The notes beneath the pieces were generated by a model, which saw nothing but the letters and a program-made list of their open reading frames with translations, did no database searches and had not been told where the DNA came from. A DNA stretch of 64,000 nucleotides from Candidatus Saccharicenans subterraneus. Lineage in GTDB: Bacteria > Acidobacteriota > Aminicenantia > Aminicenantales > Saccharicenantaceae. The stretch lies in the NCBI GenBank assembly GCA_003426165.1, contig QUAH01000006.1:134685-198684 (forward strand), read 5' to 3'. The translations under genes were made by a program, and so were the position numbers. This document shows, in pieces, positions 10,164-21,852 of the stretch (position 1 is the stretch's first letter; each line of letters begins with the position of its first letter).

Positions 10164-10574
10164 CTATTTGGCGGGTTTGCCTTTTTCCTTTTCTTTTTTC
10201 TTGGCTTTCTTTTTATATTCAGCGCCGAGCAGTTCCAGCATGGCCATGGGGGCACCGTCTCCCGAGCGGGGACCCAGCTTGACCACCCGGGTATAACCGC
10301 CCGGGCGCTCCTTGAACCGCGGTCCAAGCTCGGAAAACAGCTTCTGCACGGCCGCCTCCTTGGTCAGGTAAGCCAGGGCCAGGCGGCGAGCCGCCAGCGT
10401 ATTCTTCTTACCCAGGGTAATCATCTTCTCGGCCACGGGCCTGGCCGCCTTGGCCTTGGCCAGCGTGGTCTTGATTCTTTCCTTCTCCAGGAGAGAAGTT
10501 ACCAGATTCTTCAGCAGGGCCCGGCGATGGGCAGTATTCCGTCTGAGTTGATAGCGTTTAACCCGGTGTCTCAT
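10164..10574 (-). CDS. rplQ: 50S ribosomal protein L17
   Basis: MRHR...HRRALLKNL...RPGGYTR; last gene of the alpha operon. Confidence 0.97.
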   Translation of the reverse strand: MRHRVKRYQLRRNTAHRRALLKNLVTSLLEKERIKTTLAKAKAARPVAEKMITLGKKNTLAARRLALAYLTKEAAVQKLFSELGPRFKERPGGYTRVVKLGPRSGDGAPMAMLELLGAEYKKKAKKKEKEKGKPAK

Positions 10575-11602
10575 GCTTCCAGCTCCTTATCGCTTTTGCT
10601 CTGCTTGATGACCGCCTGAACCTGCTCCAGCAGCTTGGGATGCAATTCCAGGTTCAAACCCAGGCCGATCTCGGCCAGCTTGTTCTTGATTTCTTCCAGC
10701 GACTTGCGACCAAAATTCTTGGTCTTCAAGAGCTGTTCCTCGGTTTTCTGGACCAGCTCGTAGACATGGCCGATGCCGGCAGCGCGCAGGCAGTTGTTGG
10801 CCCGGACCGAAAGTTCCAGGTGGTCAATGGTATGAGCCAGGGTTTCCACCTTGTCAATGTATGGAATTTCCTTCTTGGGCATCATGGTCTCCCGCTCCAG
10901 GGGCTCATCGACAATGTTGAGGAAGATGGCCAGATGGTCGCGCATCAACTTGGCCGCCTGGCTCAGGGCGTCGGTCGGCCGGATGGCGCCGTTGGTCCAT
11001 ATTTCCAGGGTCAGGCTCTCGTAATCGATCCGCTTGCCAACCCGGGCCGGCTCAACCGTGTAATTGACCTTGAGTATCGGCGAGTGGGAAGAATCCAGGG
11101 GAATGAAATCAACGCTCAGCTCGCTGTCGAAGTTCTGGTCGGCGGTGATGTAGCCCCGGTTATTCTTGACCACCATCTCCATTTCCAGCTTGCCGTCAAC
11201 ATCCAGGGTGGCAATATGAATGTCCGGATTCAGGATTTCCACGTCTGAATCGTGGACGATGTCGCCGGATTTAACCTCGGCCGGCCCGACCACCTTCAGG
11301 GTCATCCGCCTGGGCTCGTTGACCTTCAGCTTCAAGGGTATGGTCTTGAGGTTGAGGATGATGTGGGTCACATCCTCCACCACTCCGGGCAGGGTGGAAA
11401 ACTCGTGCAGCACCCCGTTAATCCTGACAGCGGTTATGGCTGCCCCGGTAATCGAGGACAGCAGGACCCTTCTCAGCGAGTTGCCGATGGTGATGCCGTA
11501 ACATCTCTCGAAAGGCTGGGCCTGAAACCGGCCGTAGGTATCGCTCAGCGTTTCGTAATCACACTCTAAAAATCTTGGCCTCTGGAAACCAAGTTCAGTC
11601 AT
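10571..11602 (-). CDS. rpoA: RNA polymerase alpha subunit
   Basis: [44 protein letters not shown]. Confidence 0.98.
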   Translation of the reverse strand: MTELGFQRPRFLECDYETLSDTYGRFQAQPFERCYGITIGNSLRRVLLSSITGAAITAVRINGVLHEFSTLPGVVEDVTHIILNLKTIPLKLKVNEPRRMTLKVVGPAEVKSGDIVHDSDVEILNPDIHIATLDVDGKLEMEMVVKNNRGYITADQNFDSELSVDFIPLDSSHSPILKVNYTVEPARVGKRIDYESLTLEIWTNGAIRPTDALSQAAKLMRDHLAIFLNIVDEPLERETMMPKKEIPYIDKVETLAHTIDHLELSVRANNCLRAAGIGHVYELVQKTEEQLLKTKNFGRKSLEEIKNKLAEIGLGLNLELHPKLLEQVQAVIKQSKSDKELEA

Positions 11603-11646
11603 GGTTCCTCCTTAATTGGAAGGCCTGTCTCCAGCCGCCTTCCTCG

Positions 11647-12273
11647 TTATTTCGAATAAAGCTCAACCACCAGATGTTCTTCCACCGGGATGGTGATATC
11701 CTGTCTGGTCGGCAGGGCTACCACTTTCCCCTGACAATTATCCCAGTCCACCTGCAGCCAGCCGGGAAGAGTCTTGGTCTTATTGGCTTCAACCACCGCT
11801 CTGAAATTCTCGTTCTGGGCTGATTTCTCTTTAAGGGCCACCAGGTCGCCGGCCTTAACCAGGTAGGACGGTATGGTCACCTTGCGGTCGTTGACCAGGA
11901 TATGACCATGGGTGATCATCTGACGGGCATGGGACCTGGACTGGGCCAGACCCATCAGAAAGACCACGTTGTCCAGCCTTCTCTCCAGCATGACCAGCAG
12001 GTTCTCGCCGGTGACACCCTTCTGCTGCTCGGCCCTCTTGAAGAAAAGGCGGAACTGTTGTTCCGACATGCAGTAGTACCTTTTGAGCTTCTGCTTTTCC
12101 CTGAGCTGCAGGGCATATCCCAGCACTCTCTTTCTCATCCGACCATGCTGCCCGGGAGCGAAGGGCCGTCTCTCCAGCGGGCATTTATCGGTCAGACATT
12201 TATTACCTTTTAAGAAAAGCTTGGTTTTTTCTATCCGGCACAAGCGACAATCCGGTTTTTGATACCTGGCCAT
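11647..12273 (-). CDS. rpsD: 30S ribosomal protein S4
   Basis: MARY...[33 protein letters not shown]. Confidence 0.98.
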   Translation of the reverse strand: MARYQKPDCRLCRIEKTKLFLKGNKCLTDKCPLERRPFAPGQHGRMRKRVLGYALQLREKQKLKRYYCMSEQQFRLFFKRAEQQKGVTGENLLVMLERRLDNVVFLMGLAQSRSHARQMITHGHILVNDRKVTIPSYLVKAGDLVALKEKSAQNENFRAVVEANKTKTLPGWLQVDWDNCQGKVVALPTRQDITIPVEEHLVVELYSK

Positions 12274-12285
12274 GGCTGATCTCCT

Positions 12286-12672
12286 TTAAACTCTTCTTCT
12301 TCTTCTCACCCGGCAACCGTTGTGGGGAATCGGGGTCACATCCCGGATGGACTTGATTTCCAGTCCGGCGGCCTGCAGGGCCCGGATGGACGATTCCCGT
12401 CCGGCACCGGGTCCCTTGACCCTGACATCGATGTAGCGGACGCCAAATTCCTTGGCCTTGTTGGCCACTTCCTTGGCCGCCAGCTGGGCAGCAAAGGGCG
12501 TTCCCTTGCGGGCCCCCTTGAAGCCGGAAGTGCCGGAGCTGGCCCAGCAGATGGTATTCCCCTGCTGGTCGGTTATGGTGATGATGGTGTTGTTGAAGGT
12601 TGACTGAATATGAGCTACCCCGAAGGTAACTTCCTTTTTGATTTTTTTCTTCTTGGCTTTGGCCTTGGGCAT
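12286..12672 (-). CDS. rpsK: 30S ribosomal protein S11
   Basis: [33 protein letters not shown]. Confidence 0.98.
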   Translation of the reverse strand: MPKAKAKKKKIKKEVTFGVAHIQSTFNNTIITITDQQGNTICWASSGTSGFKGARKGTPFAAQLAAKEVANKAKEFGVRYIDVRVKGPGAGRESSIRALQAAGLEIKSIRDVTPIPHNGCRVRRRRRV

Positions 12673-12689
12673 GAACTTTCTCCCTTAAA

Positions 12690-13070
12690 CTAAGCTTTCT
12701 TCTCTTTCAGTTTCTTGATGGTCTGACCGCGCGGTCCCTTCCGGGTGCGGGCATTGGTCCTGGTCCGCTGTCCCCGGACCGGAAGGTTCCTCTTGTGCCG
12801 CATCCCTCGGTAGCAGCCGATGTCTATCAGCCGCTTGATGCTCTGGGAAACTTCCTTGCGAAGGTCGCCCTCGATTTTCTCGCGCTTCTCGATAATCTGG
12901 CGGATCTTGTTGATTTCATCCTCGGTCAATTCCTTGACCTTCTTGTTCTTGTCGATCCTGGCTTCCTCCAGGATCCTGTTGGCTTTGGACCTTCCGATTC
13001 CGTAGATATAGGTCAAACCAATCTCAATTCTTTTTTCCGGCGGAAGTGTGATACCTGCAATTCTTGCCAT
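12690..13070 (-). CDS. rpsM: 30S ribosomal protein S13
   Basis: [31 protein letters not shown]. Confidence 0.98.
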   Translation of the reverse strand: MARIAGITLPPEKRIEIGLTYIYGIGRSKANRILEEARIDKNKKVKELTEDEINKIRQIIEKREKIEGDLRKEVSQSIKRLIDIGCYRGMRHKRNLPVRGQRTRTNARTRKGPRGQTIKKLKEKKA

Positions 13071-13081
13071 GGTCTCCTCTT

Positions 13082-13195
13082 TTATCCTTGTCTTTGTTTA
13101 TGTTTGGGGTTGGAGCAGATGACTCTGATCACCCCTTTTCTCCGGACAATTTTGCAGTTCCGGCAGATTTTCTTGACTGATGCTCTGACCTTCAT
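13082..13195 (-). CDS. rpmJ: 50S ribosomal protein L36 (not in ORF track)
   Basis: Hand-translated: [37 protein letters not shown]. Confidence 0.96.
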   Translation of the reverse strand: MKVRASVKKICRNCKIVRRKGVIRVICSNPKHKQRQG

Positions 13196-13203
13196 CTTAC
13201 ACC

Positions 13204-13422
13204 TCACTTGAACCTGTAAGTGATACGCCCCTTGGTCAAATCGTAAGGGGATATCTCCACCAAGACCCGGTCACCCGGCAGGATCCGGATGAAATTCTTC
13301 CTCATTCTCCCGGAGATATGGGCCAGGATGATATGCTTGTTGGACAGTTCCACCCTGAACATGGCGTTGGGCAAGGTTTCCAGCACCACGCCCTCGATTT
13401 CAAAGACATCGGTCTTAGGCAT
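13204..13422 (-). CDS. infA: Translation initiation factor IF-1
   Basis: [11 protein letters not shown]...[10 protein letters not shown]...ISGRMR...[10 protein letters not shown]. Confidence 0.97.
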   Translation of the reverse strand: MPKTDVFEIEGVVLETLPNAMFRVELSNKHIILAHISGRMRKNFIRILPGDRVLVEISPYDLTKGRITYRFK

Positions 13423-14200
13423 TGGCCGATCTCCCCGTCCCGCGCCCTTCAACCTGGTCGAGCGACAGTATTTCCACGCCCCGGTCGGTCAGGGCCACGG
13501 TGTGCTCATAATGAGCTGACAGGCTCCGGTCCCGGGTAACCGCCGTCCAGCCGTCGTTCAGAACTTCCACTTCCCAATGCCCGGCCGCTATCATCGGTTC
13601 TATAGCCAAAGTCAGTCCTTTTTTTAGCCTCGGTCCATGACCGGGCAGGCCAAAATTCGGAAGCTGTGGCTCCTCGTGCAGGCTGCGGCCGATACCGTGG
13701 CCGACAAAAGCCCGGATGACCGAAAAGCCAGCCCCTTCCACTTCCTGCTGGATGGCCGCCGATACATCGGATAGTCTGTTCCCGACTTTCAATTCTTCCA
13801 GGCCCCGGTAAAAGGCCTTCTCGGCCACCGCGATCAACCTCAGGGCCAGGTCGGAGACCCTGCCGACCGGAACGGTCAGGGCTGCATCCCCGTAAAATCC
13901 CTCGTAGACGACTCCGAAATCCAGGCTGACTATGTCGCCTTCCTGGAGACGACGTCCCGACGGGATGCCATGCACAATTTCCTCGTTGACCGAAATACAG
14001 AGCGAAGCCGGATAACCGCGATAGCCCTTGAAGGCCGGCACGGCTCCCAGCTGGCGGGCCCTGGCCTCGGCATAGGCATCCAGTTCCCTGGTTTCCATCC
14101 CGGGCTTGATCATTTCCCGGAGTTCGGACAGAATCCTGGCCACGATCTGCGAGCTTTTCCGCATCATTTCAATTTCCGCCTCGGACTTATATATGATCAT
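13415..14200 (-). CDS. map: Methionine aminopeptidase type I
   Basis: [35 protein letters not shown]. Confidence 0.97.
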   Translation of the reverse strand: MIIYKSEAEIEMMRKSSQIVARILSELREMIKPGMETRELDAYAEARARQLGAVPAFKGYRGYPASLCISVNEEIVHGIPSGRRLQEGDIVSLDFGVVYEGFYGDAALTVPVGRVSDLALRLIAVAEKAFYRGLEELKVGNRLSDVSAAIQQEVEGAGFSVIRAFVGHGIGRSLHEEPQLPNFGLPGHGPRLKKGLTLAIEPMIAAGHWEVEVLNDGWTAVTRDRSLSAHYEHTVALTDRGVEILSLDQVEGRGTGRSANA

Positions 14201-14868
14201 GGCCGTCTTGATTCTCCCTGGCTTCGGGCAATCCGGTTGTCCAGAATCAATCTGATTGAGCCGAAAACCTCTTCCACTGCCCGCCGGCCGTCGACCTGGA
14301 ACAGCACCTGTTTTCGGGAGTAGTGTTCCAGCAACGGTCCTATCGTTTCCCGGTAAATTCGGAACCTTTCCCTGATGACTTCCGGCCGGTCGTCGTTCCG
14401 GGCCACCAGACCGGCGCCACAGGCCGGGCAGCGTCCGTCGGTAATCACTTTATCGTTATTGATATTATATACAGCTGCGCACCCCGGGCAAACCCGACGG
14501 CCGGCCAGCCGCTCCATGACCGCCTCTTCCGAAATCTGTATTTCCAGGACGGTTTCCGGGCGGTCGCCTTCAATCTTCTCCAGCAGGAGAGCCTGATTCA
14601 GGGTCCTGGGGTAGCCATCCAGGACATAACCGGCCCGGCAATCAGGGGCATTAATCCTGTCTCTGACCACCCGCGTGACCAGTTCATCGGCCACCAGCCG
14701 ACCCGACTTCATGACCTCCGCCACCATTTTCCCGAGTTCGCTTCCTTTCTGTACCTCCAGCCGGAGCAGGTCGCCGGTAGAAATGCGGGGAAACCCGTAG
14801 TGACGCTCGATGAGCTCACCCTGAGTTCCCTTGCCGCTACCAGCCGGCCCCAGCAGGATTATCCTCAT
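14197..14868 (-). CDS. adk: Adenylate kinase
   Basis: GPAGSGKGTQ, STGDLLR, LDGYPRT, Cys4 LID. Confidence 0.97.
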   Translation of the reverse strand: MRIILLGPAGSGKGTQGELIERHYGFPRISTGDLLRLEVQKGSELGKMVAEVMKSGRLVADELVTRVVRDRINAPDCRAGYVLDGYPRTLNQALLLEKIEGDRPETVLEIQISEEAVMERLAGRRVCPGCAAVYNINNDKVITDGRCPACGAGLVARNDDRPEVIRERFRIYRETIGPLLEHYSRKQVLFQVDGRRAVEEVFGSIRLILDNRIARSQGESRRP

Positions 14869-16247
14869 CCCCTTCTCCCCCTGAGACGCCCGCTCCTGAG
14901 AAATCCATCGTAATGACGCATGACCAGCTGGGCCTCAATCTGCTGAAGGGTATCCATGGCCACGCCGACCACGATCAGGATGGAGGTGCCGCCGAAATAG
15001 AAGTCAACGTTCAGGCCCTGAGTAAACCACTTGGGCAGGTTGGCCTCCAGAAATGGCCCTACCCAGGGCAGGGCTCCCACCTTGAACCCGGTCATCAGGA
15101 ATTCGGGCAGGATGGCAATGGCCGCCAGATAGATAGCTCCAACCAGGGTTATCCGGCTGAGCACTTCATCTATGTAGTCTGCGGTATTCTTGCCGGGTCT
15201 GATTCCCGGGATAAAACCGCCGTACTTTCTGAGATTCTCGGCCACATCGTTAGGATTGAAGATGATGGAGACATAAAAGTAGGTGAAGAAAATTATGGCC
15301 GCTATGTAGAGCAGGTTATAGAGTGGCATGCCCATCCCGAATTGCCTGGCGATGGTCTGCAGCACCGGAGCCTTGGACAGGTTGGCCAGAGTGGCCGGGA
15401 TGGTGATGATGGACGCGGCGAAGATGATGGGAATAACCCCGCCGGTATTGACCCTGAGCGGCAGGTGGGTGCTCTGTCCGCCATACACCTTGCGCCCGAT
15501 AACCCTCTTGGCGTAGGAAATCGGAATCCGCCGCTGTCCGCGTTCAACGAAGATGATAAAGGCGATGACCGCCAGCATCAGCACCACCAGGAATATGATC
15601 CGCAGCGGGTCCAGGCTTCCGGTCCGCAGGCCGCTGAGCAGGCTGTTTATACCCTGAGGCAGGCCAACCACGATACCGGCAAATATGATAAGGGAAATGC
15701 CGTTCCCTATGCCCCGTTCCGAAATCTGTTCACCCAGCCACATGATAAAGGTGGTGCCGGTGGTCAGGGTCAGCATGGTCAGCAACCTGAATCCCCAGCC
15801 CGGACTGGGCACAATCCTGGCCCCGGTGGGGCTGGTCAGGCTTTCCAGGAAAATGGCGATACTGAAGGACTGGATCAGGCAGATCACCAGCGTCCCGTAG
15901 CGGGTATACTGGGTAATTTTTTTCCGGCCCAGCTCGCCCTCCTTGGACAGCCTTTCCAGGTAGGGCCAGACCACGGTCAGCAGCTGCAGGATGATCGAGG
16001 CGCTGATGTAGGGCATGATGCCCAGGGCGAAAATGGTCATCCTGGACATGGCCCGCCCGGAGAACAGGTCATAAAAACCCAGGATGGAGCCGCGCTGGGT
16101 CTGCCAGAACTCAGCCAGGGCGGCGGCGCTGACACCAGGGTTGGGAATCTGGGCCCCGATTCGATAGACAGCCAGAAGAAGAAGGGTGAAGATGACCCTC
16201 TTCCTCAGGTCAGGAATGCTGAAGATGTTGCGGATACTTTCTAACAT
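14865..16247 (-). CDS. secY: Preprotein translocase SecY
   Basis: ALGIMPYISASII, WLGEQI, GIGNGISLIIF, GGFIPGIRPG, FGGTSILIVVGV. Confidence 0.98.
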   Translation of the reverse strand: MLESIRNIFSIPDLRKRVIFTLLLLAVYRIGAQIPNPGVSAAALAEFWQTQRGSILGFYDLFSGRAMSRMTIFALGIMPYISASIILQLLTVVWPYLERLSKEGELGRKKITQYTRYGTLVICLIQSFSIAIFLESLTSPTGARIVPSPGWGFRLLTMLTLTTGTTFIMWLGEQISERGIGNGISLIIFAGIVVGLPQGINSLLSGLRTGSLDPLRIIFLVVLMLAVIAFIIFVERGQRRIPISYAKRVIGRKVYGGQSTHLPLRVNTGGVIPIIFAASIITIPATLANLSKAPVLQTIARQFGMGMPLYNLLYIAAIIFFTYFYVSIIFNPNDVAENLRKYGGFIPGIRPGKNTADYIDEVLSRITLVGAIYLAAIAILPEFLMTGFKVGALPWVGPFLEANLPKWFTQGLNVDFYFGGTSILIVVGVAMDTLQQIEAQLVMRHYDGFLRSGRLRGRRG

Positions 16248-16693
16248 TATTCCTTCCCGATGGTGATGGCTTTACCCCCGCTTTCTTCAATCTTCTTGAC
16301 CGCAGATTGAGAGAAAGCATGAGCCTTTATGGTCTTGGGAGAAGTCAGTTGGCCTCTGCCCAGTACTTTTACCAGTTCCGATTCACCGTGGATCAGCCGG
16401 TGCTCGATCATTTCTTTCAGCCCGATCTCGGCCAGCGGTAGCCTGTCCAGCCGGTCCAGGTTGACCTCGGTGTATTCAACCCTGAACTTGTTGGTGAAGC
16501 CCCGTTTTGGCAGACGGCGATGCAGGGGCATCTGTCCGCCTTCAAAGCCCCACTTTCTCTTGTAACCGGCGCCGGCCAGCTGGCCCTTATGGCCACGGCC
16601 GGCAGTTTTCCCCAGACCGGAGCCCGGACCCCGGCCCCTTCTCTTGTCGCTTTTCTTGGCGCCCTGAGCTGGTTTCAATTTACTGAGATTCAT
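16247..16693 (-). CDS. rplO: 50S ribosomal protein L15
   Basis: RGRGPGSGLGKTAGRGHKGQ, FEGGQMPL.RRLPKRGF; start taken at MNLSKL. Confidence 0.96.
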   Translation of the reverse strand: MNLSKLKPAQGAKKSDKRRGRGPGSGLGKTAGRGHKGQLAGAGYKRKWGFEGGQMPLHRRLPKRGFTNKFRVEYTEVNLDRLDRLPLAEIGLKEMIEHRLIHGESELVKVLGRGQLTSPKTIKAHAFSQSAVKKIEESGGKAITIGKE

Positions 16694-16887
16694 GGCTTGT
16701 CTGTCTCCTCCACCTCGAGCAAATGAGAGATCTTTCTGACCATCCCCCGGATTTCCGGGCAATCCTTCCTGACCACCTGGGAATTGAGCTTCCTCAAGCC
16801 CAGTCCGTAGGCCACCAGGCGATGCTTCTGAGGATGGCCGATCAGGCTTCGAACCAACTTTATTTTCAGATACTTTTCTTTCTTCAT
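16690..16887 (-). CDS. rpmD: 50S ribosomal protein L30
   Basis: KIKLVRSLIG, LGLRKLN, IRGMV; position in spc operon. Confidence 0.95.
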   Translation of the reverse strand: MKKEKYLKIKLVRSLIGHPQKHRLVAYGLGLRKLNSQVVRKDCPEIRGMVRKISHLLEVEETDKP

Positions 16888-16899
16888 CTTGGCCTCACC

Positions 16900-17430
16900 T
16901 TAAGACTTGGCTTTCTCGCTTTCCTTGCCCCTCAACCGGTTTACCACTTCGGGCTTCTTCAATTTTTTGAGAGCGTCGATGGTAGCCTGGGCCACGGTGA
17001 TGGGATTGCCGCTGCGGATGGACTTGGTCAGGATGTCCCTGACTCCGGCCAGCTGCAGGATAACCCGGACCGCGCCTCCGGCGATAACCCCGGTTCCACG
17101 GGAAGCTGGCCGCAGAACCACGATCCCGGCATCGGATTCACCCTTGATCATATGAGGAATGGTCGTGCCGGACAGGGGTACCTCAATCATGTGCTTCTTG
17201 GCATCTTCCACGGCCTTGGCTATGGCCTGGGGAACTTCGCGGGCCTTGCCCAGGCCTATCCCCACCCGTCCGTTCTCGTTGCCCACCGCCACCAGGGCAG
17301 AGAAACTGAGGTTCTTTCCGCCTTTAACCACTTTGGTAACCCTTCTGATGGAGATAACCTGGTCTTTGAGCTCCAGCTCGGAGCCGACAACTTCGTCCAG
17401 CTTTTCCAGTTCTTCGTGTTCCACGCTCAT
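16900..17430 (-). CDS. rpsE: 30S ribosomal protein S5
   Basis: [26 protein letters not shown]. Confidence 0.97.
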   Translation of the reverse strand: MSVEHEELEKLDEVVGSELELKDQVISIRRVTKVVKGGKNLSFSALVAVGNENGRVGIGLGKAREVPQAIAKAVEDAKKHMIEVPLSGTTIPHMIKGESDAGIVVLRPASRGTGVIAGGAVRVILQLAGVRDILTKSIRSGNPITVAQATIDALKKLKKPEVVNRLRGKESEKAKS

Positions 17431-17444
17431 TCCTCCTTAATCGG

Positions 17445-17819
17445 TTAAAAGGCCAGGCCTTCGGCCCTGAGGGCCTCGGCCAGGGCCTTAACCCGTCCAT
17501 GATAGGGATAGATGCCACGGTCCAGAACAATCCTGGTGATGTTCTTCTCTTTCAGCCTCTTGGCCAGAACCGCTCCCAGCAGGGTACAGGCTTCCTTGTT
17601 CTTAAAATTCTTGGCTTTTTCCCGGAAATCTTTTTCCAGGGTTGAGGCCGAGGTGATCACCCGGCCGGAAAGGTCATCGATGACCTGGGCATAAACATAG
17701 CGGTTGGACTTGACCACCAGAACCCTGGGCCTTTCCGGAGTGCCCTGCAGTTTTTTCCTGATTCTTTTCCTGATTCTCTGTTTCCTGATTTTCTTGATTT
17801 CAGTCTTTGACTTAAGCAC
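17445..17819 (-). CDS. rplR: 50S ribosomal protein L18
   Basis: GTPERPR...SNRYVYAQVIDD...DRG.Y.YHGRVKALA; GTG start inferred. Confidence 0.93.
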   Translation of the reverse strand: MLKSKTEIKKIRKQRIRKRIRKKLQGTPERPRVLVVKSNRYVYAQVIDDLSGRVITSASTLEKDFREKAKNFKNKEACTLLGAVLAKRLKEKNITRIVLDRGIYPYHGRVKALAEALRAEGLAF

Positions 17820-18357
17820 CGGCCACCCCCGCTTTTCTCTCTTTCTTGATGAGGACTTCGCCCACCAGCCGGATACCTTTCTGCTTGTAGGGGTCCGGAC
17901 GGCGGAACCTCTTGATGGTATCGGCCACCTGGCCAACCTTCTGCTTATCTATGCCCCGGACGGTCAACAGGGTTGGTTTTTCAGCCACGATTTCTATTCC
18001 CTGGGGAATTTCGTAAACCACCGGTTTGGAATAGCCCACACTCAGCTCCAGCTTGTTCTTCTCAACCTTGGCCCTGTAACCGACACCGGTGATCTCCAGC
18101 TGCTTGGAGAATCCCTTGGACACTCCAAGCACGGCATTATTGGCCAGGGCCCGGCACAGGCCGTGAAACTGCCTGGTCTTCTGCTCCTCGTTTTCCCGGG
18201 TGAGAATCAACTGGTTACCCTGCACCGTCGCCTTGATCCCGGCATAGAGCGGAGAGGTCAGCTTGCCGAGCTTACCTTCCACTTCAATCCGGTCCGGATG
18301 GACACTCACCTTGACTCCGGCCGGTATCTCAATCGGCTTCTTACCTACTCTTGACAT
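17812..18357 (-). CDS. rplF: 50S ribosomal protein L6
   Basis: MSRVGKKPI, GVGYRA, PDPYKQKGI. Confidence 0.97.
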   Translation of the reverse strand: MSRVGKKPIEIPAGVKVSVHPDRIEVEGKLGKLTSPLYAGIKATVQGNQLILTRENEEQKTRQFHGLCRALANNAVLGVSKGFSKQLEITGVGYRAKVEKNKLELSVGYSKPVVYEIPQGIEIVAEKPTLLTVRGIDKQKVGQVADTIKRFRRPDPYKQKGIRLVGEVLIKKERKAGVAGA

Positions 18358-18378
18358 CCTCGTACCTCACCTTCAGGA

Positions 18379-18777
18379 TTACCAGATCTCACACAGAACT
18401 TCGCCGCCCAGCCCCTGTTCCTGACACTGTTTATCGGTCAGGAGGCCGCGGGAGGTGGAAATGATCACCACTCCCAGGCCATCCAGGACTCTGGGTATAG
18501 AATCCCGGGAGCAGTAAATGCGGCATCCGGGCTTGCTCACCCGGCGAAGTCCGCTGATGACACTCTGGTTATCGTCCGTGTATTTCAGGACTATGTTCAG
18601 GACGCCCTGTTTATTATCCTCTATAACTTTATAGTTCTTTATGTAGCCTTCTTCCTTCAGGATCCTGGCAATCTCCACCTTCAGGCGCGAAGAAGGTACG
18701 TTGATTTCTTTTTTCTTAGCCCTGACGGCATTTCTGATTCTGGTTAACATATCGGCAATCGGGTCGGTCAGACTCAT
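18379..18777 (-). CDS. rpsH: 30S ribosomal protein S8
   Basis: DPIADMLTRIRNA, SKPG.RIY, STSRG, GGEVLC. Confidence 0.98.
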   Translation of the reverse strand: MSLTDPIADMLTRIRNAVRAKKKEINVPSSRLKVEIARILKEEGYIKNYKVIEDNKQGVLNIVLKYTDDNQSVISGLRRVSKPGCRIYCSRDSIPRVLDGLGVVIISTSRGLLTDKQCQEQGLGGEVLCEIW

Positions 18778-18799
18778 GTTTCTATCCTTTCCAAGATAT

Positions 18800-18985
18800 T
18801 TACCAGGAAGACTTGATTATGCCCGGGATCTCTCCCTTTAAGGCCAGTTGCCTCAGGCAAAGCCGGCAGAGGTCAAATTTGCGATAGTAGCCCCTGGGCC
18901 GGCCGCACAGGCGGCAGCGGTTGCGGTGGCGGATGCCGTAACGGGGCTTCCTCTGATCCTTGACCATTTTCGCTATAGTAGCCAC
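18800..18985 (-). CDS. rpsN: 30S ribosomal protein S14, type Z (Zn-binding)
   Basis: 61 aa; [10 protein letters not shown]...LCRLC...PGIIKSSW. Confidence 0.96.
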   Translation of the reverse strand: MATIAKMVKDQRKPRYGIRHRNRCRLCGRPRGYYRKFDLCRLCLRQLALKGEIPGIIKSSW

Positions 18986-19001
18986 TTTGACCTTCCTTTC
19001 T

Positions 19002-19544
19002 TCAAGATTCGCGGAATGGCATGCCCAGCTTCTTCAGCAGGGCATACGCTTCCTTATCGTTTCTGGCCGTGGTCACGATGGTGATGTTCATACCCCGTGG
19101 CCTCTCGACTTTGGTGTAATCAATTTCCGGGAAGACCAGCTGGTCCTTTAACCCGATGGTATAGTTGCCGCGGCCATCAAAGGAGCTGGCCGGTACTCCC
19201 CGGAAGTCCCTGACCCGGGGCAGAACGATGTTAACCAGCCGGTCAAAGAATTCGTACATTCTCTTTCTTCTCAGGGTGACATAACAGGCGATGGGCTGTC
19301 CCTTCCTGAGGTGGAAGGCGGAGATGGATTTCTTGGCCCGGCCGATAGCCGGCTGCTGACCGGTTATCAGGCTGAGCTCCATCTTGGCCGTGTCCAGGAG
19401 CTTGATGTTCTGAATGGCATCCCCCACGCCCATGTTCACGATGATCTTCTCCAGCCGGGGCACAGCCATGGGATTGTCAATTCCCAGCTCCTTCTGAAGT
19501 TCCTTTATGATCTCTTTCTTGTAACGTTCATACAACCTGCTCAT
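19002..19544 (-). CDS. rplE: 50S ribosomal protein L5
   Basis: [29 protein letters not shown]. Confidence 0.98.
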   Translation of the reverse strand: MSRLYERYKKEIIKELQKELGIDNPMAVPRLEKIIVNMGVGDAIQNIKLLDTAKMELSLITGQQPAIGRAKKSISAFHLRKGQPIACYVTLRRKRMYEFFDRLVNIVLPRVRDFRGVPASSFDGRGNYTIGLKDQLVFPEIDYTKVERPRGMNITIVTTARNDKEAYALLKKLGMPFRES

Positions 19545-19555
19545 CTTCCGACCTC

Positions 19556-19885
19556 TCAGGACTTTTCTAGGTTAGTCTGACATCTGGCGCAGACTCGAAT
19601 CTTGGTTCCGTCTTCCAGGACCTTATGCCTGTATCTGACCCCCCGGCCGCACTCCTCGCAGTAAAGCATGACCCGGGAGACATGGATGGGCGATTCTTTT
19701 TCCATGATACCACCCTGGACGTTCTGGCTGCGGTCGGGCCGGACGAAGACCTTGACAAAATTTATTCTCTCCACCAGCAGACGGTTTTTCTCCGGGATGA
19801 CCCGCAGTACCTTGCCGGTCTTGCCCCGGTCCTTGCCGCTGCGAACAATCACCACGTCATTTTTCTTAAAGGGAAACCTGGCCAT
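19556..19885 (-). CDS. rplX: 50S ribosomal protein L24
   Basis: KOW motif [24 protein letters not shown]. Confidence 0.96.
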   Translation of the reverse strand: MARFPFKKNDVVIVRSGKDRGKTGKVLRVIPEKNRLLVERINFVKVFVRPDRSQNVQGGIMEKESPIHVSRVMLYCEECGRGVRYRHKVLEDGTKIRVCARCQTNLEKS

Positions 19886-20253
19886 CACAGCACCTCCGGA
19901 GCCAGCGATATGATTTTCATGAATTTCTTTTCTCTCAGCTCGCGGCCAACCGGACCGAAGACGCGGGTGCCCACGGGTTCGCCCTGCTTGTCGATGATCA
20001 CGGCCGCGTTATCGTCAAAGCGGATGTAAGAGCCGTCCTTACGCCTGGCTTCTTTCCTGGTTCTGACGATGACCGCCCTGACCACCTTGCCTTTTTCTAT
20101 CTTGCTATCCGGGTCAGCTTCTTTGACGGAGGCCGAGATCACATCGCCGATGGTTGCCACCTGACCAACCCCGCCCCCCAGAGGAGTTATGGCCATAATC
20201 CTCCGGGCGCCGGAGTTATCCGCCACCTTGAGCATGGTTCTCATCTGAATCAT
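19885..20253 (-). CDS. rplN: 50S ribosomal protein L14
   Basis: [29 protein letters not shown]. Confidence 0.98.
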   Translation of the reverse strand: MIQMRTMLKVADNSGARRIMAITPLGGGVGQVATIGDVISASVKEADPDSKIEKGKVVRAVIVRTRKEARRKDGSYIRFDDNAAVIIDKQGEPVGTRVFGPVGRELREKKFMKIISLAPEVL

Positions 20254-20555
20254 GTCAGTCCACCTTCACTCTCGGTTTCAGTTTCTATTTCTCTGGAAGC
20301 TAAACCGATGATCTCAACCACCCGCCATCTTTTCAGCCGGCTGATGGGCCTGGTCTCCACTATCCTGACCACATCACCCACCTGGCACTTGTCCTGCTCA
20401 TCATGGACCAGGAAGATCTTTTTCCGCTTGACGGTCTTCCGGTAAAGCGGGTGCCTTTCCAGCCGCTCCACCTGAACCCTGAGGGTCTTGGCCGATTTCT
20501 TGGCCACGACCGTTCCCACTTTGGTCGTGATTCTTTTTTCTCGTTTAGCTTCCAT
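20250..20555 (-). CDS. rpsQ: 30S ribosomal protein S17
   Basis: [25 protein letters not shown]. Confidence 0.97.
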   Translation of the reverse strand: MEAKREKRITTKVGTVVAKKSAKTLRVQVERLERHPLYRKTVKRKKIFLVHDEQDKCQVGDVVRIVETRPISRLKRWRVVEIIGLASREIETETESEGGLT

Positions 20556-20558
20556 GGT

Positions 20559-20759
20559 TTATTCCGTCCCTTTTTTCTGAAATTCTTTCAAGAGGGTCTT
20601 GATCTTGGCCAGGTCTTTCTTGATGTTCCGGATCTTCATCGGGTTATCCAGCTGCCCCAGAGATTTCTGGAAGCGCAGCTTGAACAGCTGGTCCTTGAGT
20701 TCCAGCTCCTTCTGCCTTAGGTCTTCAACCGAAAGTTCTCTCAATTCTCGGATTTTCAT
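20559..20759 (-). CDS. rpmC: 50S ribosomal protein L29
   Basis: ELRELS...LFKLRFQ..GQL.NP; operon position. Confidence 0.95.
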   Translation of the reverse strand: MKIRELRELSVEDLRQKELELKDQLFKLRFQKSLGQLDNPMKIRNIKKDLAKIKTLLKEFQKKGTE

Positions 20760-21178
20760 TTTAGCTCCCTGTGCTCTCTTGATATGAACCTGGTCTTGAT
20801 CGGCAGCTTGTTGGCGGCCAGGCGCATGGCTTCCTGGGCCACGCCGTGGTCGACGCCTTCCACTTCAAAGATGATCCTACCGGGCTTGATCACGTCTACC
20901 CAGAATTCCGGGTCACCCTTGCCGCGGCCCATCCTGGTTTCGGTCGGTTTCTTGGTGACCGGCTTCCAGGGAAAGACCCGGACCCACATCTTGCCCCGTT
21001 TCTTGAGGAACCTGGTGATGGTCACGCGTCCGGCCTCGATCTGCCTGGCGGTCAACCAGCAGGGTTCCAGGGCCTGCAGCCCGTATTCGCCAAAGGCCAG
21101 CTCGGCCCCGCGCAGGGCCTGACCTCTCATCCGGCCTCGCTGCTGTTTCCGGTACTTGACTTTCTTCGGCATCAACAT
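20756..21178 (-). CDS. rplP: 50S ribosomal protein L16
   Basis: [34 protein letters not shown]. Confidence 0.97.
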   Translation of the reverse strand: MLMPKKVKYRKQQRGRMRGQALRGAELAFGEYGLQALEPCWLTARQIEAGRVTITRFLKKRGKMWVRVFPWKPVTKKPTETRMGRGKGDPEFWVDVIKPGRIIFEVEGVDHGVAQEAMRLAANKLPIKTRFISREHRELK

Positions 21179-21180
21179 GG

Positions 21181-21849
21181 TCAAATCTCCTCAGCTTCAA
21201 TGATTTGAGAAGAGACTTTGGCTTTATCCACATCACCGCGGTAGATCCAGACCTTGATCCCGATCTGACCATAGGTGGTAAAAGCTTCGGTAAAGGCAAA
21301 ATCGATATCGGCCCGGAGCGTTTGCAGCGGCAGCTGGCCCTTCAGGTACCATTCGGTCCTGGCTATTTCCACCCCGCCCAGACGCCCGGCGCACATGACC
21401 TTTATGCCCTTGGCTCCCATCTTGAGGGCCATTTCCACCGCCCGGCGCATGGCCCGGCGGTAGGCAATTCTCTTTTCCAGCTGGGTGGCGATGCCCTCGG
21501 CCACCAGGGCGGCATTGAGTTCCGGTTTGTCGACTTCCCTGATGTCGACGTAAACCTCTCGCTTGGCAATGGCCTCCAGCATGTTCTTCAGGTTCTCGAT
21601 TTCCTTTCCACCCCGGCCGATGATGATGCCCGGCCTGGCCGTATGGATGATAACCCGGACCTTGGGACCGACCCTCTCCACATCGACACTGGCGATGCCG
21701 GCATGCTCGTACTTCTCCCTGACGGCCTTTTTCATCTGCAGGTCCTCGTGGAACAACCTGGCATAATCCCGGCCTCTGGCGAACCAGCGGGAAGTCCACT
21801 GTTTGTTAAATCCTAAACGAAAGCCGATTGGATGTGTCTTCTGTCCCAC
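21181..21849 (-). CDS. rpsC: 30S ribosomal protein S3
   Basis: [40 protein letters not shown]. Confidence 0.98.
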   Translation of the reverse strand: MGQKTHPIGFRLGFNKQWTSRWFARGRDYARLFHEDLQMKKAVREKYEHAGIASVDVERVGPKVRVIIHTARPGIIIGRGGKEIENLKNMLEAIAKREVYVDIREVDKPELNAALVAEGIATQLEKRIAYRRAMRRAVEMALKMGAKGIKVMCAGRLGGVEIARTEWYLKGQLPLQTLRADIDFAFTEAFTTYGQIGIKVWIYRGDVDKAKVSSQIIEAEEI

Positions 21850-21852
21850 CGT

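Noticed and set aside
14913-16244. 443-aa antisense ORF over secY, and many similar shadow ORFs over rpoB, rpoC, tuf and purL
   Set aside because: Antisense frames of well-conserved genes; typical of GC-rich codon bias and with no recognisable motifs
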